Assembly (NCBI RefSeq): GCF_050971785.1
Contig: NZ_JBPCCU010000012.1
Location: 58,049-122,048, forward strand
Length of the DNA stretch: 64,000 bases
Direction of reading: 5' to 3'
Origin: Actinomadura scrupuli
GTDB taxonomy: Bacteria; Actinomycetota; Actinomycetes; Streptosporangiales; Streptosporangiaceae
Both the position numbers and the translations under genes were made by a program. This document shows, piece after piece, positions 29,502-39,184 of the stretch (position 1 is the stretch's first letter; each line of letters starts with the position of its first letter). The notes under the pieces were generated by a model that was not told where the DNA came from, searched no databases, and was given only the letters and a program-made list of their open reading frames with translations.

Positions 29502-29945
29502 GTGGCTCCGGAGGTGTCCGTGCGGTACGAGATCGAGGTGGGCATCGACGCGGCGCCGGACGCGGTGTGGGCGGTGCTGGCCAACGTGGAGCACTGGCCG
29601 GACTGGACACCGTCGATGACCCTGGTGCGCCGCCTGGAGGACGGGCCGTTCGGCGTCGGCAGCACAGTGCGCGTGCGGCAGCCCAGGCTCCCGCCGGCCG
29701 TCTACACCGTCACCGAGTACGAGCCGGGCCGGTCGTTCGCCTGGGCGGCGACGGCACCGGGTCTGACGACCACCGGCGACCACCAGATCATCGCGCGTGC
29801 GGACGGTCACTCCACCGTACGGCTCGTCCTCGACCAGACCGGCGTGCTCGCACCGCTCGCCGGGCTGCTCGCCGGCCGGCTCGCTCGCCGGTACGTCACC
29901 CTGGAGGCCGAAGGCCTCAAACGACGCTGCAAATCCCGCCCCTGA
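29502..29945 (+). CDS. SRPBCC (Bet v1-like, polyketide cyclase/dehydrase-type) family protein
   Basis: 147 aa (VSVRYEIEVGIDAAPDAVWAVLANVEHWPDWTPSM...). Confidence 0.65.
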   Translation: MAPEVSVRYEIEVGIDAAPDAVWAVLANVEHWPDWTPSMTLVRRLEDGPFGVGSTVRVRQPRLPPAVYTVTEYEPGRSFAWAATAPGLTTTGDHQIIARADGHSTVRLVLDQTGVLAPLAGLLAGRLARRYVTLEAEGLKRRCKSRP

Positions 29946-30243
29946 TCGAAGGCACGTACCGGTGTCGTACCGCCCGACCCGGGACCCGGCGATGAACCCA
30001 GTGGTGAACGGACGACCTGCCGCCGAACAACGGCGTTGAAAGGCGCCGGCCGTCCCCGCTGCCGGCGGAAGTCACACCATGAGCAACGGTGCGCCACCCC
30101 GTGGAACCGACGCCGTTCGGCTTTCGCTGCTAGGACGGAACCAGGATCCGATCCCCTTGTTCTAAGGGAGATATAGGAGAGTAGTATCCAATTTCGGCCT
30201 CACGGGGAGACCCGGGCCGATACGGGGAGGGCTGTACGGGGCG

Positions 30244-30930
30244 ATGCACGAGTTCCTCCATACCGCACTCGGCTTTCCGGCCGTGATCTTCAGTTTCCTC
30301 CTCATCGTGGTCATCGGGTACTGGCTGCTCGTCCTGCTCGGGGGCACCGATCTCGACGCCGACGGAGACCCCGGCACCGGGCTGCTGGCGGGGCTGGGGC
30401 TGGGCGGTGTTCCGTTCATCGTCGCGTTCTCACCGCTGATCGCCCTGGCGTGGTTCCTGAGCCTGGTCGGCGGCGTGCTCATCGACCGGCGGCTCCTGGG
30501 CAACGCGCTGCTCGAACACTTCGGATCGGCCGCGGACGTACGCACCGGGCTGTCCGTCGCGGTGCTCGTGGTGGCCACGATCGTCGCCTGGCTGGCCACC
30601 CGTCAGCTGGTACGGCCGCTGCGCTACATGATGCCGGACGAGAAGCAGCCCTCCCGCAACGACTTCATCGGCCGCATGTGCGTGATCCGGACCGGGCGGG
30701 TCGACCTGAACTTCGGCCAGGCCGAGGTCCGGGCGGCGGATGGCTCGACGGCCGTGATCCAGGTCCGGCAGATGGCCCCCTCCGCCGAGAAGGACGGGAA
30801 CCAGATCGCCGGTTCTCCTCTCAAATCAGGCAGTACGGCTCTGATCTTTGAATATGACGCCGACGGCCGATTCTTCTGGGTGACGCCGTACGACGCCGAA
30901 CTCGACCCCGACCGCCGTCCGACCCCCTGA
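30244..30930 (+). CDS. NfeD/YqiJ-like membrane protein (flotillin-associated, C-terminal OB-fold)
   Basis: 228 aa with N-terminal TM helices and a C-terminal beta-rich segment (CVIRTGRVDLNFGQAEVRAADGSTAVIQVR). Immediately upstream of the flotillin gene. Confidence 0.6.
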   Translation: MHEFLHTALGFPAVIFSFLLIVVIGYWLLVLLGGTDLDADGDPGTGLLAGLGLGGVPFIVAFSPLIALAWFLSLVGGVLIDRRLLGNALLEHFGSAADVRTGLSVAVLVVATIVAWLATRQLVRPLRYMMPDEKQPSRNDFIGRMCVIRTGRVDLNFGQAEVRAADGSTAVIQVRQMAPSAEKDGNQIAGSPLKSGSTALIFEYDADGRFFWVTPYDAELDPDRRPTP

Positions 30931-30962
30931 TCAATGTTTGCCCACAGACAGAGAGACCTTTG

Positions 30963-33038
30963 ATGGATGCCATCACCACCGGGATCGGTGTACTCCTCGC
31001 CGTCGTGCTGCTCATCGTTCTGGGCACGTTCTTCACCCTCACCCGGCTCTTCCGCAAGGTCGAGCAGGGCAAGGTCCTGATCGTCTCCAAGATCAAGAAG
31101 GTGGACGTCACCTTCACCGGGGCGATCGTGCTGCCGGTGCTGCACAAGGCCGAGGTGATGGACATCTCGGTGAAGACCATCGAGATCCACCGGACCGGCA
31201 AAGAGGGTCTGATCTGCCAGGACAACATTCGCGCCGACATCCGCATCACGTTCTTCGTCCGGGTCAACAAGACCGTCGAGGACGTGATCCAGGTGGCGCA
31301 GGCCATCGGCACCGACCGGGCCAGCCACGAGGACACGCTGCAGGTGCTGTTCGCCGCCAAGTTCGCCGAGGCCCTCAAGACCGTGGGCAAGCAGCTCGAC
31401 TTCGTCGACCTCTACACCCACCGGCACGAGTTCCGTGACCGGATCATCCAGATCATCGGCACCGACCTCAACGGTTACCACCTCGAGGACGCCGCCATCG
31501 ACTTCCTCGAGCAGACCCCGCTGTCGAGCCTGGACCCGTCCAACATCCTCGACGCGCAGGGCATCCGCAAGATCACTGAGCTGACGGCGATCGAGCACGT
31601 CCGCACCAACGAGTTCCAGCGGACCGAGGAGAAGGAGATCACCCGCCAGAACGTCGACGCGCGGGAGGCCATCCTCGAACTGGAACGCCGGCAGGCCGAC
31701 GCCGAGAACAAGAAGAAGCGCGAGATCGAGACCGTACGGGCCCGCGAGGAGGCGGAGATCGCCCGGGTCCAGGCGGAGGAGCGGCTCAAGTCGCAGACCG
31801 CGCACATCAAGACCGATGAGCAGCTCGGCATCCAGACCGAGAACCGCAACCGTGAGATCGCCGTCGCGGAGAAGAACAAGGAACGCGTCATCGCCGTCGA
31901 GACCGAGCGGATCGAGAAGGACCGCATGCTCGAGGTGATCGCCCGCGAGCGGGAGACCCAGCTGGCGAGCATCTCCAAGGACAAGGAGGTCGAGGGCGAG
32001 AAGCGGTCGATCGCCGAGGTGATCCGCGAGCGCATCGCGGTGGAGAAGACGGTCGCCGAGCAGGAGGAGAGCATCAAGCGCCTGCGGACGGTCGAAGAGG
32101 CCGAGCGGATGCGCCAGTCCATCGTGATCCAGGCCGAGGCCGAGGCACAGGAGCACCTGGTCAAGGACATCAAGGCAGCCGAGGCGGCCGAGGAGGCGGC
32201 CAAGTTCAAGGCCCGCGAGTCGCTGCTGCTGGCGGAGGCGCGTCAGCAGACCGCCGAGCTCGACACCCAGGCCAAGCTGCGGCTGGCCGAGGGCGTGCAG
32301 GCCGAGGCGGCCGCCGCCGGGCTGGCCGACGTGCAGGTACGCGAGCGCAACGCCGACGCCGTCGAGAAGCTCGGCCGGGCCGAGGCCGTCGTGAACCGGG
32401 AGAAGGGGCTGGCCTCCGCCGAGGCCACGGAGAAGGTCGGCCGCGCCGAGGCCATCGTCAGCCGGGAGATGGCGCTCGCGGGCGCCGACGCGCTGCGCGA
32501 GAAGCTGAAGGGCGAGGCCGAGGGCCTCACCGCGAAGGCCGAGGCCATGGCCGCGATGGGCGACGCGACCCGGCTGCACGAGGAGTACCGGCTGCGGCTG
32601 GAGGCCGAGAAGGACATCCGGATGGCCGGCCTCGACACGCAGCGCAAGGTCGCCGAGGCCCAGGCGAACGTGCTGGCCTCCGGACTGGAGAAGGCCGACA
32701 TCGACATCGTCGGCGGCGACACCATGTTCTTCGACCGCGTCGTCGGCGCCATCGGGATGGGCAAGAGCGTCGACGGGTTCATGGAGCACTCCGAGGTCGG
32801 GCAGACGCTGGCCGGGCCGTGGCTGAACGGGTCGCGGAGCTTCCCCGACGACCTGTCGCATCTGCTCGGCGCGGTGAACACCGACGACGTCAAGAACCTG
32901 ACCCTGTCCGCGCTGCTGCTGCAGCGGATCAAGGCGGGCGGCTCCGAGGCGGGCAAGATGCAGGAGCTGCTGGACACGGCCGAGCGCCTGGGCGTCGCCG
33001 ACTCGGCCGTCTCGTCCCTCGCCGTCATCGAGAAGTGA
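30963..33038 (+). CDS. flotillin family protein (SPFH/band-7, YqiK-like)
   Basis: About 691 aa. N-terminal TM, SPFH domain, and a long E/A/R-rich coiled coil (EAEIARVQAEERLK...). ATG at 30963; the lister used TTG at 30960. Confidence 0.85.
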   Translation: MDAITTGIGVLLAVVLLIVLGTFFTLTRLFRKVEQGKVLIVSKIKKVDVTFTGAIVLPVLHKAEVMDISVKTIEIHRTGKEGLICQDNIRADIRITFFVRVNKTVEDVIQVAQAIGTDRASHEDTLQVLFAAKFAEALKTVGKQLDFVDLYTHRHEFRDRIIQIIGTDLNGYHLEDAAIDFLEQTPLSSLDPSNILDAQGIRKITELTAIEHVRTNEFQRTEEKEITRQNVDAREAILELERRQADAENKKKREIETVRAREEAEIARVQAEERLKSQTAHIKTDEQLGIQTENRNREIAVAEKNKERVIAVETERIEKDRMLEVIARERETQLASISKDKEVEGEKRSIAEVIRERIAVEKTVAEQEESIKRLRTVEEAERMRQSIVIQAEAEAQEHLVKDIKAAEAAEEAAKFKARESLLLAEARQQTAELDTQAKLRLAEGVQAEAAAAGLADVQVRERNADAVEKLGRAEAVVNREKGLASAEATEKVGRAEAIVSREMALAGADALREKLKGEAEGLTAKAEAMAAMGDATRLHEEYRLRLEAEKDIRMAGLDTQRKVAEAQANVLASGLEKADIDIVGGDTMFFDRVVGAIGMGKSVDGFMEHSEVGQTLAGPWLNGSRSFPDDLSHLLGAVNTDDVKNLTLSALLLQRIKAGGSEAGKMQELLDTAERLGVADSAVSSLAVIEK

Positions 33039-33076
33039 CCGAGCATTGACCCCCCACCCCCACCACCCCCGTCCAC

Positions 33077-33125
33077 CCTCCGTGATCACGCAATCAATCG
33101 TCGAACGATTGCATGATCACGGAGG
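33077..33125. repeat. palindromic element copy B (18/19-bp stem, palindromic loop centred on TCGA)
   Basis: CCTCCGTGATCACGCAATC, loop AATCGTCGAAC, GATTGCATGATCACGGAGG. Flanked by CCACCCCC/GGGGTGGGG. Homolog of copy A at 13422-13470. Confidence 0.6.
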
Positions 33126-33149
33126 GGTGGGGCTGGACGAGGAGCGCAC

Positions 33150-36100
33150 GTGACGGACACCGCGAAGACCGGAGCCGGAGCCGGTACGGGGGACACCGCG
33201 GCACGCGATGGCGCGACCGGGAGCGGGGCGGGCGGCACCGCGGCACGCAAGGGCGAGACCGCGGCGGGCGGCACCGTGACCGGCGGGAACGGGGCGGCAG
33301 AGAGCCGGGCAGCAGGAAGCGAGACGGCAGGGAGCGGGGCGGCGGAGAGCGAGACGGGCGGGGTGGCCGGCGCCGGGCTGGACGCGGGCACCTACGAGGT
33401 GCTGCGGGCACGGCTGGCGGAGCAGGCCGCCGAGCTGGCCCGCCGGGCCGGGACGCTGAACGCCCGGCGCCTGGAGGTCTTCGGCAGCGCCGAGCTGCGC
33501 CTGATCGGCACCGAGCGGATCCGCACCGAGCACAACTGCGTCCCCCGCGACGTGGTGTCGGTCGGCGGGTTGATGCTGTTCGGCTACAACGTCTTCATCG
33601 GGCTCAAGCCCGAGACCACCGTGGACGACGTGTTCTCCCTGCACCGGTTCAGCAGGGAGGCGGACGCCTTCCGGTTCGAGGACGCCGTCGACGGGGAGCT
33701 GCCGGGGCTGCTGCGCGACGCCCAGTTCCAGCGGGACTTCGCCGAGCTCTACCGCTACTACCAGGACACCCGGCTCCTGCAGCTACGGCGGACCGACGGC
33801 AAGTTGCTGGCCGTCTTCCAGACCGGCCTGCTGGCCGAGGACGCCAAGGTGCTGCGCTGGGCCATCGCCACCGACGGTTCGGTGACGTACCAGGACGCGC
33901 GGGGTGAGGAGGACCATGTCTTCCCGCCGTCGCACGACTTCGTGTGGACCGAGACCACCCGGGACGACCACGTCCTGGGCCGGCACCCGCACATCTCGAT
34001 CGAGGACGAGCTGTTCGTCGAGACGATCGGCGGCGACCTCACCATCAAGGTGGAGAACAACACCGAGACCGGTGAGGGCATCTACGCCGAGCCCGTGGCC
34101 GAGCCGCTGCAGAGCCTCGCGGACGCCGAGGTGCAGTACGCCCGGGTCGGCTCGCTCATCCTGCTGCGGATCCTGCCGTACAAGGAGACCGAGCGCCGCC
34201 ACCTGGTGTTCAACACGCGGACCAAGAGCGTCGTCCGGCTGGACGGCATCGGGCAGGCCTGCCAGCGCCTGCCGGAGGACCACGGGATCATCTTCCCCGG
34301 CGGCTACTACCTGGCCACCGGCACGGTGAAGACCTTCGACGCCGACGTGGACAGGCTCGAGTACGAGCAGGTCATCCGTTCCGTCAACGGCGAGGACGTG
34401 CTCTACGTCTTCCATGCCCGGGAGGCCGGGCGGTACCTGCTGCTGCCCTACAACCTGATCCGCAAGGAGATCACCAACCCGATCACCTGCCACGGCTACT
34501 CGCTGTTCGACGACGGCACGATGGTGGCCTTCCGCGCCGACGCCGGGGAGCCCACCCGGGTGCACCCCATGCAGGTGTGGCAGACCCCGTACGTCTCCGG
34601 TGCCCACGCCGCCGCCCAGCCGACCGGCACCGGACCGCTGGAGCGGATCGGCAACGCCGACCTGGTGCGCGGCATCTCCGACGCCCTGTCGGTGACCCGG
34701 ATGGTCGACGAGATGGGCACCCTGAGCACCGCGCATCAGGGCAGGTACTGCGAGTCCCTCATCTCGAGCGCGTCGCGGGTGTTCGACCACTACCACTGGC
34801 TGGGCGAGCGAGACCTCGACGACCTCCGTACGCCGCTGTCGGCGGTGCGGTCCACCGCCGAGCAGATGCTGGACGAGTTCGAGAAGGTCCAGTCGCTCAC
34901 CGCCCAGGCGGCGGCCGCCGTGGACGAGGCCGACGCCCGGATCACCTCGATGATCCGGCTGGCCCGGGCCGAGGCTCCGGCGACCGCCGACGCGTGGGTG
35001 ACCCAGCTGGCCGAGCTGCGCCGCGCCCAGGGCCGCCTGGTGACGCTGCGGGAGCTGCGGTACGCCGACGAGGCCCGGATCGACGCGCTCGCCACCGAGC
35101 TGGGCACGGAGCTGGACGCCGCCGCCCAGCGCGCGATCGCCTTCCTGCGGGGCGAGGACGCCTTCGCCGGTTACCGTGCGGAGGTCGACCGGCTGGTCGC
35201 CGAGGCGGAGGCCATCGGCACCGTCGCCGACGCCACCCCGATCGTGACCAGGCTCACCGAGCAGGCGTCCGGGCTGGAGCTGGTCACCGAGATCGTCGGA
35301 TCGGTGGAGATCGCGGACGCCACCGTGCGCACCGGCATCCTGGAGCGGATCGGCGAGGTGCTCGGCGGCGTCAACCGGGCCCGCGCCATCCTGGACGTCA
35401 GGCGGCGCGAACTGCTCGCGCGGGAGGGCCAGGCCCAGTTCGCGGCCGAGTTCGCCCTGCTCGGGCAGTCCGTCACCGGCGCGCTGGCGCTGGCCGACAC
35501 CCCCGACCACTGCGACGAGCAGCTGGCCCGGCTCATGCTGCAACTGGAGAACCTCGAGACCCGCTTCTTCGACGCCGAGGACCCGCAGGCCGGGGCCGGC
35601 CCCGGCGGCGACCGGCTGGCCGAGCTCACGGCCAAGCGGGAGAGCATCTACGACGCGTTCTCGGCGCGCAAGCAGGCCCTGCTGGATGAGCGGGCGCGCA
35701 AGGCCGACCGGCTGGCCGCCTCCGCGACCCGGATCCTGGCGGGCCTGCAGCGCCGGGTCGCCGGCCTGCGCTCGCTCGACGAGGTCAACACCTACTTCGC
35801 CGCCGACCCGATGGTGGTCAAGCTGCGCGCCGTCGCCGACCAGCTGCGCTCGCTGGGCGACGTGGTCCGGGCCGAGGAGCTCGAAGGGAAGGTCAAGACC
35901 GCCCGCCAGGAGGCCGGCCGGACGCTGCGCGACCAGGTCGATCTCTACGACGACGGCGGCGGGACGATCCGGCTGGGCAGGCACCGTTTCGCGGTCAACA
36001 CCCAGCCCGTCGACCTCACGCTGGTCCCGCACGACGGCCGGATGGCCTTCGCGCTCACCGGCACCGACTACCGCGCGCCGGTCCTCGACGAGGCGTTCGA

Positions 36101-38453
36101 GGCCACCCGGCCGTACTGGGACCAGCTGCTCATCTCCGAGTCCGCCGAGGTCTACCGCGCCGAGCACCTCGCCGCCTCGATCCTCGCCGAAGCCGAGACA
36201 CAGGCCGAAACCCAAGCCGAGACGCAAGCAGACGCCCGCACCGGCACCGGTGAGGCCGCCCCCTCGCTGGACGCGCTGCGCGCGGCCGCGGCCGAGGACG
36301 GCGGCCTGCAGGGCATCGTCCGCCGCGCCGCCGAGGCCCGGTACGACGAGGGATACGAGCGCGGCGTACACGACCATGACGCGGCCGTGATCCTCGCCGT
36401 GCTGCTGCGCCTGCACACCGGCGCGGGGCTGCTGCGCTACCCCCCTGACGCGCGCGCCGCGGCTCAGCTGTTCTGGATGTACGGGACCGACGAGGCGGCC
36501 CGGGCCTCCTGGACCACGCGGGCCGGTTCGCTGGCCCGGGCCCGCTCCGCGTTCGGCCGTTCCAGCACGGTCGACGCCCTGTGCGCCGAGCTCGGCTCCG
36601 ACGTCACCGCCTTCCTCCGCGACTCCGGCCTGCGGCCCGGTGAGCTCGCGGGTCAGGCGGGGCTCGCGGGTCAGGCGGGGCTCGCCGGGGAGTACCTGTT
36701 CGAGGAGCTGGCCGGCGACCGGCCCGGGTTCGTGACCAGTGCCGGAGCCAGGGCCCTGCTCCAGGGGTTCGACCGCGCGCTGGGCGGCCCGCAGGCCGAG
36801 TCCCGCCGGCGGTTCGACGACGACCTGCGGGCGCTCGGCGACGATCTGGCCGCCCGGCACCAGCTGGTCGAGGCCTGGCTCGGCTCCTACCTCGGCTCCT
36901 ACCTCGCCGCGAGCGGCCCCGGGGACGGGAGCGTACGGCCGTCGTCCGCGGACCTGCCCGAGGCGGTGGCGATCGAGCTGTGCGGGGGCGGCCTGCCCCG
37001 GTACGAGTCGCCGGCCACCCTCACCGCCACCGCCGACGGGCTCCTCGGCGTCCATCCGCGTATCGTCCAGCGCCGCCTGGAGCTGCGGATCGACGAGTTG
37101 CTGGCCCGGACCCGGCGGTTCCGGACCGAGCGGGTGCCCGCCTTCCGGGCCTACCAGCGGCAGCGCACCGAGCTCGTCGACCGCGAGCGGCGGCGCCTCG
37201 GCCTCGAGGAGTTCCGGCCGAAGGTCATGAGCGCGTTCGTGCGGAACCGGCTCCTCGACGAGGTGTACCTGCCACTGATCGGCGACAACCTGGCCAAGCA
37301 GCTCGGTGCCGCCGGCACCGCCAAGCGCACCGACCAGATGGGCCTGCTGCTGCTCATCTCCCCGCCCGGCTACGGCAAGACCACTCTGATGGAGTACGTC
37401 GCCAGCCGCCTGGGCCTGGTGCTGGTGAAGGTCAACGGACCGGCGCTCGGCCACGGCGTCACCTCGCTGGACCCCGCGGAGGCACCGAACGCCACGGCCC
37501 GCCAGGAGATCGAGAAGATCTCGTTCGCGCTGGAGATGGGCAACAACGTCCTGCTCTACCTCGACGACATCCAGCACACCTCACCCGAGCTGCTGCAGAA
37601 GTTCATCTCGCTGTGCGACGCCCAGCGCCGGATGGAGGGCGTGTGGGAGGGCCGCACCCGGACCTACGACCTGCGCGGCAAGCGGTTCGCCGTCTGCATG
37701 GCAGGCAACCCCTACACCGAGTCGGGTCATCGCTTCCGCATCCCGGACATGCTCGCCAACCGCGCCGACGTGTGGAACCTCGGCGACGTGCTGTCCGGCA
37801 AGGAGGAGCTGTTCTCGCTGAGCTACGTCGAGAACGCGCTGACCTCCAATCCCGTCCTGGCCCCGCTGTCGACCCGGGAGCGCGGCGACATCGAGCTGCT
37901 GGTCCGGCTGGCCGGGGGCGACCAGACCGTGCGGCCCGACCAGCTCGCGCACCCCTACTCGGCCGTCGAGCTCGACCAGATCTTGGCCGTGCTGCGCAAG
38001 CTGCTGCGGGTCCAGCAGATCGTCCTCGCCACCAACCGCGCCTACATCGCCTCCGCGGCACAGGCGGAGGCGTCCCGGACCGAGCCGCCCTTCCAGCTGC
38101 AGGGCTCCTACCGCAACATGAACAAGCTGGCCGAACGGATCGTCCCGGTGATGAACGACGCCGAGCTCGAAGCCATGATCGACGATCACTATCTGGGCGA
38201 GGCGCAGACCCTCACCTCCGGCGCCGAGGCCAACCTGCTCAAGCTGGCCGAGCTGCGGGGCACGCTGACTCCCGGCCAGGCCGGGCGGTGGGCCGAGGTG
38301 AAGGCCGGTTTCGTCCGGGCGCAGGCCCTCGGCGGTGCGCAGGACGACCCGGTGAGCCGGGCGGTCGGTGCCGTCGGGCTGCTCGCCGACCGGGTCGGGT
38401 CGGTCGAGACCGCCATCACCCGTGCCGCCGGCCGGCTGGCGTCCGACAGATGA
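33150..38453 (+). CDS. very large (1767 aa) hypothetical protein with C-terminal AAA_5 (MoxR/dynein-class) ATPase domain
   Basis: GTG start with RBS GAGGAG. N-terminal G/A/T-rich low-complexity region, a central globular plus long helical region, and a C-terminal AAA+ module at nt 37330-37900 (Walker A ISPPGYGKTTL; Walker B LLYLDDIQH; FAVCMAGNPYTESGHRFRIPDMLANRADVW). Confidence 0.7.
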   Translation: MTDTAKTGAGAGTGDTAARDGATGSGAGGTAARKGETAAGGTVTGGNGAAESRAAGSETAGSGAAESETGGVAGAGLDAGTYEVLRARLAEQAAELARRAGTLNARRLEVFGSAELRLIGTERIRTEHNCVPRDVVSVGGLMLFGYNVFIGLKPETTVDDVFSLHRFSREADAFRFEDAVDGELPGLLRDAQFQRDFAELYRYYQDTRLLQLRRTDGKLLAVFQTGLLAEDAKVLRWAIATDGSVTYQDARGEEDHVFPPSHDFVWTETTRDDHVLGRHPHISIEDELFVETIGGDLTIKVENNTETGEGIYAEPVAEPLQSLADAEVQYARVGSLILLRILPYKETERRHLVFNTRTKSVVRLDGIGQACQRLPEDHGIIFPGGYYLATGTVKTFDADVDRLEYEQVIRSVNGEDVLYVFHAREAGRYLLLPYNLIRKEITNPITCHGYSLFDDGTMVAFRADAGEPTRVHPMQVWQTPYVSGAHAAAQPTGTGPLERIGNADLVRGISDALSVTRMVDEMGTLSTAHQGRYCESLISSASRVFDHYHWLGERDLDDLRTPLSAVRSTAEQMLDEFEKVQSLTAQAAAAVDEADARITSMIRLARAEAPATADAWVTQLAELRRAQGRLVTLRELRYADEARIDALATELGTELDAAAQRAIAFLRGEDAFAGYRAEVDRLVAEAEAIGTVADATPIVTRLTEQASGLELVTEIVGSVEIADATVRTGILERIGEVLGGVNRARAILDVRRRELLAREGQAQFAAEFALLGQSVTGALALADTPDHCDEQLARLMLQLENLETRFFDAEDPQAGAGPGGDRLAELTAKRESIYDAFSARKQALLDERARKADRLAASATRILAGLQRRVAGLRSLDEVNTYFAADPMVVKLRAVADQLRSLGDVVRAEELEGKVKTARQEAGRTLRDQVDLYDDGGGTIRLGRHRFAVNTQPVDLTLVPHDGRMAFALTGTDYRAPVLDEAFEATRPYWDQLLISESAEVYRAEHLAASILAEAETQAETQAETQADARTGTGEAAPSLDALRAAAAEDGGLQGIVRRAAEARYDEGYERGVHDHDAAVILAVLLRLHTGAGLLRYPPDARAAAQLFWMYGTDEAARASWTTRAGSLARARSAFGRSSTVDALCAELGSDVTAFLRDSGLRPGELAGQAGLAGQAGLAGEYLFEELAGDRPGFVTSAGARALLQGFDRALGGPQAESRRRFDDDLRALGDDLAARHQLVEAWLGSYLGSYLAASGPGDGSVRPSSADLPEAVAIELCGGGLPRYESPATLTATADGLLGVHPRIVQRRLELRIDELLARTRRFRTERVPAFRAYQRQRTELVDRERRRLGLEEFRPKVMSAFVRNRLLDEVYLPLIGDNLAKQLGAAGTAKRTDQMGLLLLISPPGYGKTTLMEYVASRLGLVLVKVNGPALGHGVTSLDPAEAPNATARQEIEKISFALEMGNNVLLYLDDIQHTSPELLQKFISLCDAQRRMEGVWEGRTRTYDLRGKRFAVCMAGNPYTESGHRFRIPDMLANRADVWNLGDVLSGKEELFSLSYVENALTSNPVLAPLSTRERGDIELLVRLAGGDQTVRPDQLAHPYSAVELDQILAVLRKLLRVQQIVLATNRAYIASAAQAEASRTEPPFQLQGSYRNMNKLAERIVPVMNDAELEAMIDDHYLGEAQTLTSGAEANLLKLAELRGTLTPGQAGRWAEVKAGFVRAQALGGAQDDPVSRAVGAVGLLADRVGSVETAITRAAGRLASDR

Positions 38454-38579
38454 CCGTCCTCCACCCCCGGAACAGCGGTCTTCCGTGCATGCGGCGCCGC
38501 CTCGGGCGATATAGCCGCTTTACGGAGCCGGTGCGGTGGCTTGGTCTTGCCCCGGGACGGATGGGGCAAGGACAGACAT

Positions 38580-39128
38580 ATGTTGGAACAGCTGAGCCGC
38601 CACTGGTGGATGCTCGCCGTACGCGGCGTGTGCGCGATCATCTTCGGTCTGCTGGCCTGGATCTGGCCCGGGATCACCCTGCTGGTGCTGGTGATCCTCT
38701 TCGGGGCGTACGCGTTCGTCGACGGCGTCCTGGCCCTCGGCGCGGCCTTCAAGAGCGAGGGCGGCCGGTCCCGCGTCTGGCTGGCGGTCGTGGGCGTGGC
38801 CGGTGTCCTGCTCGGTCTGGTGACCCTGTTCTGGCCGCACATCACCGGGCTGGTCCTGCTGTTGCTGATCGCCTGGTGGGCCATCGTGACCGGCGCGTTC
38901 GAGATCGTCGCGGCGATCCGGATGCGCAAGGAGATCGAGGGCGAGTGGCTCTACATCGTGAGCGGCGCCGTCTCGGTGATCTTCGGTGTGCTGGTCCTGG
39001 TCTGGCCCGCCACCGGGGCCCTCGCCATCGTCTGGCTGATCGGTCTGTTCTCCATCCTCTTCGGCGCGACGCTGATCGCCGCCGCGATCCGCCTCCGCAA
39101 GCTCGGCCAGGTCGCCCAGCCCGTCTAG
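38580..39128 (+). CDS. HdeD-family (DUF308) membrane protein
   Basis: Start ATG 38580. Six short TM segments with the repeating HdeD pattern (GICAIIFGLLAWIWPGITL...). Confidence 0.7.
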   Translation: MLEQLSRHWWMLAVRGVCAIIFGLLAWIWPGITLLVLVILFGAYAFVDGVLALGAAFKSEGGRSRVWLAVVGVAGVLLGLVTLFWPHITGLVLLLLIAWWAIVTGAFEIVAAIRMRKEIEGEWLYIVSGAVSVIFGVLVLVWPATGALAIVWLIGLFSILFGATLIAAAIRLRKLGQVAQPV

Positions 39129-39184
39129 GCACGACCCGCGGGCGGCCTCAGCAGGCGGACGGGAGCATCAGCGAGCGGGCGGCC

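Noticed and set aside
33783-37577. 1264-aa minus-strand ORF opposite the giant AAA_5 gene
   Set aside because: Same GC artefact. The plus-strand frame carries bona fide Walker A/B motifs and a proper RBS and start.
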